NCBI RefSeq assembly: GCF_036321535.1
Contig: NC_087436.1
Location: 85,438,001 to 85,502,000, forward strand
Direction: 5' to 3'
DNA: 64,000 bases
Source of the DNA: Camelus dromedarius
Lineage: Eukaryota
A program made the position numbers and the translations under genes. Below the pieces are notes generated by a model that made no database searches, was not told the origin of the DNA, and saw only the letters and a program-made list of their open reading frames with translations. The first letter of the stretch is position 1. Every line of letters starts with the position of its first letter. Shown piece by piece: positions 54,751-64,000 of this stretch.

Positions 54751-56178
54751 AGTATGAGCATCAGTAACATCTTCATCACTGTAACTTGAAAGGACAAGGT
54801 TCTTTGTTGGGGTGTATCCCAGGAAACCAAAGGGAGTGTGTCACATCCCTTAGCCTGGGATATGACACAAATGATGCACCGTTGCCAAGGTGAAATCTAT
54901 AGGTAAGGCCATTATGTATTTCTCCCGGTATAAAATTACTGGAAAAGACATTCTTTTCTTTCTTTAAACAACACAGGTGGCAGTTTGAGGCTAAGTTAGG
55001 AGTAGTTGGCTACTTAGGCTATTAGCCCAGAGGAGCTTGAAAAAAAATTCTTGAAATCTCGGTCCGGAATTTGTCTCTGATTCCCATGCTTTTCTCCTAT
55101 TTTACATCTTTAATGAGCATGACATCAAAGACTTAGTATTTGCCTCAAAACTGCCCCCAAGGCATTGCAAGTCCTGAAGAAGACCTGAAAGTCTCTTTGA
55201 CTTCCCTCATTAGACAACCCAATGTGTATCCTTGGGGAAGGCCAGCCCCAAGGGACCAAACTCAGCCTGCATCCATGACTCCAGAACTGGTTCCACAGTT
55301 GGGCTTTGTCTATGGGTCAAGAAAGTAGTAGAAAGTGTGGAGAGACCATGGAATCTGAAGCCAGAGACCTGGATTCAAATTCCTACTCCCAAACCCATTA
55401 GCTGGGTAGCCTTAGGTAACTTTTACCTTTCCTGCTCTGCAAAAAATGGAAGTAACAGTATCTTCCTTACATGGTTGTTTGTGATAATTAGATAAGACAT
55501 TCTGGTACTGATAGAGTGCTGGTGCTCTATAAATGCTCATTTCCACCCCCCACCCCTTTTCCTCTCAGCCTCTACACAAGTTATGGGAAAGAGGGGTGAA
55601 AATCACCAGCTCCAGACACAGAGACATCAGTGACAGAAAGGTCCGTGGAAGTGAACATTATGCATGCTGCATTTTTATTCCCCTTTATTCTTCATTAATC
55701 CTGCACTGTGGTATGGAAAGAAAGAAGAAAATTATGTTCTCCTACTGAGGATGGCCACTTTTAGCTGAATCCCATCTGTTTTGCAAGATTTCTCCGAGCA
55801 GAGAGCATCTTGCCCCTGCTTTTCTATAGGATCCCGCAAGCTCCGGGTGTACTCGCTGCAGGGTAATTGCGGTCCATAAGCGTCCTTGGTACCCTGCTGA
55901 GGCTGGAGCCTGGGAAACATTCATGGAAAAAAACAATCAGGTTGACAATGCCAAGGTTATAACAGTGACTCAGGCTTTTCTCAGTCAATAGTAAGCCATT
56001 CTCCACACTAGCCTGAAGGGAAAGAGAAGCTATATGAGGAAGGTGGTTCGGAATCTGAAAGCAAAGGATTTCTGATATTTATATACACAAACTTTTTACC
56101 CCCCAGGGGTTCACACGGAAATTCAAGAACAACACTGCTATTTGGAGAGCTATTTCGGGAATCCACGCATCTCATGGA

Positions 56179-56393
56179 CATTTGGATACAAGCTTAAGCA
56201 GTGGTGTGCTGGTAAGCTGGCTCTCTGGGTGGGAGTGAGGGACCCCAGCTGTGGCACCTGCTGGTTTCCATGGTGTAAATACTGCCACCAGGGTCAATTA
56301 CAAGCTATGCACGTGACATCACTGAGTGGGGAGTTGGGAGGAACCCTGAATAACCGGCTTGCCTGAGGAGGTGCCACGGCTGTGGCACCACCC
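56179..56393. mobile_element. hAT (Tip100-like) DNA transposon remnant
   Basis: Begins cagtggtgtgctgg and ends with a degenerate complement ggcaccaccctg. Confidence 0.45.
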
Positions 56394-57969
56394 TGAGCCT
56401 GGGGCTCCTGTTCAGTGATAATAGCTATTGGCAAATTCAACCTTTGTTGAAAACAGACATCATCGAGTTCTAGAATTCACTGCCTCTTGCTCGATGGCCT
56501 GCCTTTTAGTCCTCCCGCTTTTTGAAGCAGCTCTGTAAATGTCACTGCTGGGGACCCCAGACACTTTGACTTAATGAAGATTGATGTCTTCATTAGATTT
56601 GGAAAAGGAATGCTGGGACATTTTATTACCTGGTGGCTGGTGCCTAGTACTCTCTGTTCCGTGGCCCATCTCCCCCACCTCCTGTGACACATTCCTGAAA
56701 GGGCTCCAGGAAAAAAATATTACAGCCTTGGCAGATCAGTGTTTTCTGATTGTGCAATGTTCTTCCTGAGAAACCCCATTCTCCAAAGGCAGTCATTCTG
56801 AACCAGGACCAAGAAGTCGGGGTACAGGCTGGCCACCGGGAGGACAGCACAGGGGGCCAGATGGTGGAGAACCAGGACAGAACAAATCTATGGGAGGCGG
56901 CATCCAGGTCTGTTTCATCAATTTTATGGGTTTTCAGAAATTGCATCTTGAAAGAAGGAATTAAAGGGTGTTTGTTTTTTCAAATACTCCACTTTTGTTT
57001 TAATTATTTTTCACACCTTGTAAAGCGACTTCACCACCATTATCTCATGTGTCCTCATAGCAGGCTGATGAGATATAATAATAATATTGTTAACATAATA
57101 AATATAACAACATATTATGTATAACATATTACACTGGTATAATATGTAATATAATAAATATTAGTAATAACATGATAAACATGATTATTTCTCCTTTACA
57201 GACGAAGACACTGAGACCCAGAGAAGACAAATGACTTGCTTAGGGTCCTCAGATGTTAATGAGAGCGGAGGTACTTGAGCTCCCTGTGTCTGAGGCCAGG
57301 CTAGAGCTCCCTCTTTACCAGACTGTGTGTATATGTGACGACTGGAGGTTTCTATCAGCTCTGGTTATGTAATCACATGTGCCAGGAGGAGTCAGAACTT
57401 TCAGGACGTTTAAACAAACTTGAAGTCATGCTGTGATCCAAGGAGTTTCAATGGGCTCCTGGAGGTCAGATGTTCTCCAAGGTAGTTCAGTAACACCTCA
57501 CTTATTCAGGGCTGGCAGGGAAGGAGATAATCTGCAAAAATCAAATCTTACTAATTGTTCACATATCTGAAGCTTCCAAATCTCGAATGAAATCTTTTAA
57601 AATTACATGGCACATCATGCTGTGTTCTTAAACATAGGATGCAAAACAGCTTGTTTAACTTCTTCTCGTTGTAAATCTCAACTTTTTTAGACTTTAATTT
57701 ACAACCCTCTAAGGCTCCACCAGGTTCCAGACTGCTATACTTTTTGGAGTTCCTGTTTCTTTTTTACTTCTATTGGAGAGCTGACCTTTAAGCACCTCTG
57801 TACCCTCTTCCGTCTTGCTGTTTCTAACTTGTTAAGGAGTGAATGCAACTGATTCAGAGAGATTTGTTGATCTAGTAGGAGGAGATGGGTTTTAAATAAA
57901 GGTTTGCATAATCCTTCTAGGAGTAAGCACTTTCTATCATCTTTACTTTTCAGGATGTGGTAGGAGCTT

Positions 57970-58392
57970 TTGTTGTGCTGCTCAGATCCTTTTACCAGCC
58001 CAAGTTCTCTTGTCACTCGGCTGCTGAGAGGGTTGGTGACAAATGGCTTTGCAGTAGGACCCTTCTCTGAAGACTCGCTCTTAGTCCACTGGAACTGCTC
58101 CACACAGAAATGCCTGAGAGGTTGTCCCCCTACCTCTGGTGTGCTTGCAGCCTACTATTAATACGGGAGTATAAAAACCCCAGCCCCTTTGCCCCCAGGA
58201 GGGATGATTCCGTGAGGCCACCCTTGTCCCAGAACTTCCCATGGGGTTGGACTAAGGCTGGACTGTAGCTCAGTCCATATCTTGCTTGGCTTCTCCCATG
58301 CCCTGTCTTGCTTCCCTCACTCTTTGACAAGGTGTCCCTAAGACCACTTTCAAAAGACCCAACCTCTGATTCCAGAGACTCTAATCTAAGAT
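57970..58392 (+). mobile_element. ERVL LTR remnant (LTR16-like)
   Basis: ccccagccccttt...cttgcttggcttctccc...ccctgtcttgcttccctcac...aatctaaga. Confidence 0.55.
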
Positions 58393-60356
58393 GGGCTTCC
58401 CCTGCTTTCCTGCTTTTCATATTCTTGGCTATATTCTGGAGACGTCTTCCTATCCCTTCCTAACCCAGCATTTAGAGAGAAGGGCAGCTTCATCACGAAA
58501 TAAAGAATGCATAATGAGAAAAAAATTTGCAAACGGTATATTAGAAATTTTTTAGGTTGTCAAACTCTGACTTAAAGCCTACCTTATGAGGTATTAGGGT
58601 CCTAGAATACAGATATAAAGGACACAGCTTCCCTTCACCTCATCCTTTTGAGAAACTCACAGCCTGATGAAGAAACCAACAAGTGAGTTAGGACAATTAA
58701 CATGTATCTTAATAAATGCTGTTATTGAAGTCAGAACTCATTTATTCATTCAAGAAATATTTCTCAAGCATCTACCATGTGGTAAATTTTAGGAGTCTAA
58801 ACCACCCAGAAAAAAGGCTGGAGAAGACATGATAGTTTTTACTTTGGAGATGATACCAGAGCTGGTTCTGGTAGAGAGAGCAAAACTTTTTACCAGGTGA
58901 AAGTTAGGGGAGCTGTTCATCTCGAAGGACCACGACCTGAAAGGGTGTGGTGTTTGGGGGCACTGGGGAGAAGCTGACCATGGCAGGAGATGAGATGGCA
59001 GAGAAGAAGGCAGGGATGGATGTGAAGACCTTTATCTGCTGGGATAAGAAGTTTGAGTTTTACCCTGTAGGTAATTTGAAGCCAAGAGAACCTTATGAAC
59101 TAGGAATGAAGCCGCAGCCTGTTCAGCAGGAACGTGATTGTCATCCACTGGGTGAACTGGGTTGGGAGAAGGGTGGGTCTTCTTAAGAATGAGTCTTCAG
59201 GGAAGGGTCCTGCTGCAAAGCCATTGGTCACCAACCCTCACAGTATGACAAGTGCATGCTGCATTAGGCTTTCGTATGCAGTGCCCAAACAGCACAACAC
59301 CCCTAATGACCTGTGACATCACAGCTTAGATATGGCGCTTGTGGCCAATCCACGTCTCTGCCAGAAAGAAAATATACAATTCCTGAGTTTTCACTCTTGA
59401 AAATTTGATCTGTAAAGAAACTGGAAATTCTCCTCTGAGCACTCCTTGTGTTAGGGTTGGTTAGCTGTCCATATATGACTTGGTAGGATCAAGACGTAAC
59501 CAAGAGAATCTCTGTCCCTAGACCCTATCCATATTCTGTCATCGTTGCCTCAAAGGCCGCCATGGCAGCTCCATCCCTGTGACTCATCTGTCTCTCCTCC
59601 AGCCTAGGGGTAAGGAAGGAGCATGGGAGAGGAGAGGACAAAGAAACAAGATTGTGGGCTGTCTGTGGCACAGTGGGGATACCGACGTAGTGGGGATGGG
59701 GAAGGATGTGGAAAGAAAGGGAAGAGGCAGGAAGTCAGAGTTTGAGGGAGGTAATAAATACACATTATCTTCCCTTCACAAGGCTGCAGTGGGCAGGTGC
59801 TCGTTGCTCAAATTTACATAAAGATCGTGTCTCTTGATTATTTTATTATGGGGAAAATTGATTTTCAGATTAAGCAATTCCTGCCTTTGTTCATATTTCC
59901 CCTAGTAATAATAACAACAATAATGATAAATATACATTGTTTGAGTACTTACTATCTGCCCAGCAATGTGTTAAGAACTTTGCCTACATTTATCTCTCTA
60001 ATTCTTCCCCAAACCTAAGACGGAGGTATTAGCATTCACTTATAATGGGAGAGGAAAGTAAAGCCTAGAGAGGTTACTTAACTTGCTCAGAAACCCACCG
60101 TCAGCGAGCAGCATGCCCAGGTCAATCTGCTTCACTGCAAAGTCGGTCCTTCAGCTCTGTGCCACGTGGCTTTCCCCGCACAGCTATTTGCTCCTTCCTT
60201 CACCATTTCAGATGCTTTTTGTCCTTCAAGACCTATTTCCGGTTTCCTTTCTCCACTTAACTGATTTTACTGAGCACCATCCTCATCCTCTGTGGAGCTT
60301 TTTCACACTGATTACCTTCTTTAAACACCTCTGAAGTCTTTTAAAAATTAAAAAAA

Positions 60357-60997
60357 AATTTTATTGAAATTTTGTCAGTTATAATGTGCCAATTTCTGGT
60401 GTACAGCATAATGTTTCAGTCATATTTATACAGACATATATTCATTTTCATATTCTTTTTCATTATAGGTTACTACAAGATATTGAATATAGTTCCCTGG
60501 GCTATACAGTAGAAACTTGTTGTTTATCTATTTTATATATAGTAGTTACTATCTGCAAATCTTGAACTCCCAACTTATCCCTTCCCACCTCCTTTCCCCC
60601 TGGTAACCATAGATTATTTACTATGTCTGTGAGTCTATTTCTGTTTTGTAGAAAAGTTCATTAGTGTCTTTTCTTTCTTAGATTCCACATATGAGTGATA
60701 TCATATGGTATTTTCCTTTCTCTTTCTAGCTTACTTAGGATGAGGTCCATCCATGTTGCTGGCAAATAGCATTACTTTTTTATGGCTGAGTAGTATTCCA
60801 TTGTATAAATATATCACAGTTTCCTTATCCAGTCATCTGCTGATGGACATTTAGGTTGTTTCCATGTCTTGGCTATTGTGTATAGTGCTTCTATGAACAT
60901 TGGGGTGCATGTGTCTTTTTGAATTAGAGTTTCCTCTGGATATATTGCTAGATCATATGGTGAGTCTGTTTTTAGTTTTTTGAGGAATTTCAATACT
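60357..60997 (-). mobile_element. 5'-truncated L1 3' end
   Basis: tacaagatattgaatatagttccctg...agattccacatatgagtga...atgaacattggggtgcatg. Confidence 0.9.
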
Positions 60998-62399
60998 TAA
61001 ACACATCTGAGTCATTAAAGTAGGGAGCAAATCTTATTAAGAATAGATCTGTATGATTCTTTAAAAGTTTTCAGTGGCTGTATTTAGTTTTCTCTCCAAA
61101 GTTTTTAAACCATGTCCAGGTCAAGATCAAGTCTTCTGGGTCCCCATCTTCTCAAACAGCACCCAACACGGTGTTGGGTAGATGTGTCAGGAAGCCCCTG
61201 ACTCCTAACGCATCCAGTGGGCTGTAATTTTAAGGAAGAAGAAGTGCATGTGTGGGTCTGATAAGATCTGAGTGATAAGTGGAGAAGATGCCCTAAGAGT
61301 GACGCTCAGCTATGTTTACCATTTAAATCCACGGCGGCAAGCCAAGATAACTGTTTCAGTCTGTGGACAGAAGTTCATGAAGATCTTTGCTTGACAGGTC
61401 AGGGTAAAAGGTCTCTTTCTTTCAAAATATGTGAAGGGGCAGGAAACGTGTGCACCAGGTGTTTTGTGTTCATGGCTGCCTAGGAAAGATAATTCTGTCT
61501 GCTCAATAAGAACATTGTGCTCTACACACCAGGTTGTTTTTCCAGCAGCTATTTTCTGCCTATAAAAATGAGCATCGCTGGCTCTTAACTTCTTTCTGCA
61601 AATCCCTTGGGCTACAAACAATAACAAAAGGTATCTTATATTTATACAAAGCTGTCCTCAGAAAAGCTCAAGGACCTGAACAGAGTTTGTTTTTATATAT
61701 AAGAGTTCTTATATAATCCCCAAGGGGGAAAGGAGCAGAGGGTGACAATTGAGTTTGGAATGTTGTCAGTCCCAGCAAACAAAACGGAAAAGTGAGGCCC
61801 TACTGCAGGACACGCTGACGGTCATGGCCAGGACAGGAAGTCCGTCTTCCTCACTTCCTGTGCAGGGTGCTGCGCCCTGGGCCACACTGCCTCGTTAGAA
61901 ATCCGAGAACCTGGAGGAGAGGACAGGAGGGGGAGGCGTGGGAGAGAAAGCCCAGCCACACCGGAAGGGATGCTGCCTCTCCCTGCCTGCAGGGACTGTT
62001 GTTTCCACTGGTCAGGGCTCTGCCACTCCCAGAGTGAGTGTCCTTGTCCTTGGTGGAACTGATCCTGGGGAGAATTTTCATCACCCTCATTAGCAGGGAC
62101 AGCTGAATCACGGTAGATTTCAGAGGTCTGGGTGGTTTGGGGGAGGAGGGCCATCTGAGCAAAGGGTATTGTGTAAATATTTATTGCACACTTGGATACA
62201 GTGATCACTAAGGCATACACTCTGGACTCAGTAAGTGCATCATACACGTGCAGGAGAGACACACAGGATGAAAGGATCTAAGAGTGCCAAGTGAATGCAA
62301 TAATGGAAAAGCAGTTACTTTTGATTGTGAATTTGAGTCAGGACTCCATGGGCCTGGGAGGGGAGCACTTTGGCTGGGAATTTGAAGGATAAGCAGGAA

Positions 62400-62940
62400 T
62401 TTTTTTTATTTTTGTTGAAATGTAGTTGATTTACAATGTTGTGTTAATTTCTGGTGTACAGCATAGTGATTCAGTCATACATATATGTGTATTCTTTTTC
62501 ATAACAGGTTATTACAAGATATTGAATATAGTTCCCTGTGCTATACAGTAGGACCTTGTTGTTATCTATTTTATATATAGTAGTTTGTATCTGCTAACCC
62601 CAAACTCCTAATTTATCTCTCCCCACCTTTTCCTTTTAGTAACTATGTGTTTGTTTTCTGTGTCTATGAGTCTATTTCTGTTTTGTAAATAAGTATCTTT
62701 TTTTAGTTTCCACATATAAGGGATATTATGCGGTATATTTCATCTCTTTCTGGCTTACTTCACTTAGAATAACTATCTTTAGGTCCATCTATGTTGCAGC
62801 AAATGGCATCATTTCATTCTTTTTTATGGCTGAGTAGTATTCCATTGTATAAATATTCCAAAACTCCTTTATTCAATCGTCTGTCAATGGACACGTAGGT
62901 TGCTTCCATGTCTTGGCCATTGTATATCATGCTGCTATGA
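62400..62940 (-). mobile_element. 5'-truncated L1 3' end, same family as 60357-60997
   Basis: Shares tacaagatattgaatatagttccctg and atggctgagtagtattccattgtataaatat. Confidence 0.9.
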
Positions 62941-62989
62941 AGGAATGGTTTTAAGGGATATTGTCTACACTGCATTGAGGATGTACCTC

Positions 62990-63110
62990 TCTTAAAATCA
63001 CCTGGGGAAGCTTTCAGGCCAGTCCCCGTCCCTAAATAGTTGGATTCAGTGATCTGAGTGTTGCCTGGGCATTAGTATTGTGGAAGGGCTCCCAGGTGAT
63101 TTTTCTGAAC
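62990..63110. mobile_element. MER5-like hAT MITE remnant
   Basis: aatcacctggggaagctt...gattcagtgatctg...ctcccaggtgatt. Confidence 0.6.
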
Positions 63111-63469
63111 AAATAAGATAGACAGCCACAGAAAGAGCATGGGCTTTGGAACTGGACAGCTTTGTTCTAACACCTGGTAACCTTGGACTAGGCCCACTGT
63201 GAGGCTCCCACAGCTGCGCCGTTTCTTCCCACTTCTGCCAGTGCCAGTGAAGAAACTGCCATAGGAGAGTCCCTCCCCTTTGACAAACTTTCCTTGACTG
63301 AAAAACCTTAGATTGGGAATCAGGAAATCTGGACTCTACCCCAGCTCTGCCACTGAGGTGCCACATGAGTGTGCTGGGTCACATACAGAGATAGAGCAAA
63401 GACACAGACAACATGCTAGGTACTCAACGCATCTCCAGGTGTCAGTTTCCCCATCTGTTGAGGTTTTTA

Positions 63470-63848
63470 GGGCAGTATTTATAGGTCATAAACTCTATTT
63501 GACAGGCCGTGACCAGAATCATTTTAAAAGAAAGATGTAAACCATAATAGAAAAATAGAGTGCACTGCATAGAAGAGGGCAAGTCTTGTGACATGAAGTT
63601 TTGTTTCAGTTGTCTATACGTGTGTTTATGGGGTTGTAATGTAAAATTCATGTCATGCTGTGGGTTGTAAGTTAAAAAGCTTGAGCGTGCTCACTGGTGG
63701 TACATTGCTAAAATTGGAAAGACACAGGGAAGATTAGCATGTTCCTGGTGAAAGGGTGACATGCAAACTCAAGAAGCATTGAAGATTTTTTTTGTAATAT
63801 TATGTGGTTTTTTAGTACGCTTGAAAGCAAGAGTTTGAGAAACATGGG
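63470..63848. mobile_element. hAT-Charlie-like DNA transposon remnant interrupted by the U6 copy
   Basis: gaagttttgtttcagtt...tgtaaaat...ctgtgggttg...aaaaag(c/t)ttgag|aaaca, a Charlie-type end split by the insertion. Confidence 0.45.
63687..63793 (+). pseudogene. Degenerate full-length U6 snRNA retropseudogene
   Basis: gtgctc...ctaaaattggaa...acagggaagattagcatg...tgacatgcaaa...gaagcatt...attttt is colinear with U6; the ACAGAGA box is mutated to ACAGGGA. Confidence 0.88.
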
Positions 63849-64000
63849 ATTGGATGCTCTCTGTGAACCCCTTCCTTCTGCTCTGTAGCCAGTAACTACT
63901 CAAGCCTACCGTGAACTCACTTTTTTGGTAACGTCTTTTTACTTACCACCATGTAATTCTGCCTACCATTTATGTTTTTAAGAGGGAGGCAGGACAGTGT

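Noticed and set aside
55120..59321. Three TGACATCA CRE/AP-1-like octamers
   Set aside because: They are widely spaced, one is inside a transposon remnant, and they are compatible with chance.
63687..63793. Functional U6 snRNA gene
   Set aside because: Many substitutions including the ACAGAGA box and 5' stem, no evident PSE/TATA, and retroposition-like flanks.
31700..64000. Many 60-146 aa ORFs downstream of KDR
   Set aside because: They show no recognisable domains or consistent exon chain; several start at non-ATG codons or lie in L1/L2/MIR/LTR remnants.

Overview
Mammalian genomic DNA, most likely a camelid (inferred from two tRNA-Ala-derived SINEs resembling the camelid Vic-1 type). Bases 950-31.7k carry the 3' part of KDR (VEGFR2/FLK1) on the + strand: 23 coding exons (exons 8-30 by human numbering, recalled from memory), all flanked by AG/GT. 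They splice into one open frame of 3095 nt (Ig domains 4-7, transmembrane helix, split tyrosine kinase, C-tail ending ...LSAPPV*, stop ending at 30221), followed by a ~1.45 kb 3'UTR. The remaining ~32 kb is intergenic and rich in L1, L2, MIR, hAT and LTR remnants, with a degenerate U6 retrocopy near the end. I found no previously undescribed gene system. The most interesting signals are regulatory and RNA-processing ones: the soluble-VEGFR2 intron-13 read-through tail, a candidate intron-15 poly(A) site, an AG|GTAAG re-splicing motif on the ATP-binding exon, the intron-10 ETS/GATA/RBPJ enhancer, a palindromic ETS cluster 30 kb downstream, a small chimeric inverted retro-insertion and an unexpectedly similar inverted LTR-fragment pair. 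Repeat family names and boundaries are by eye and approximate.
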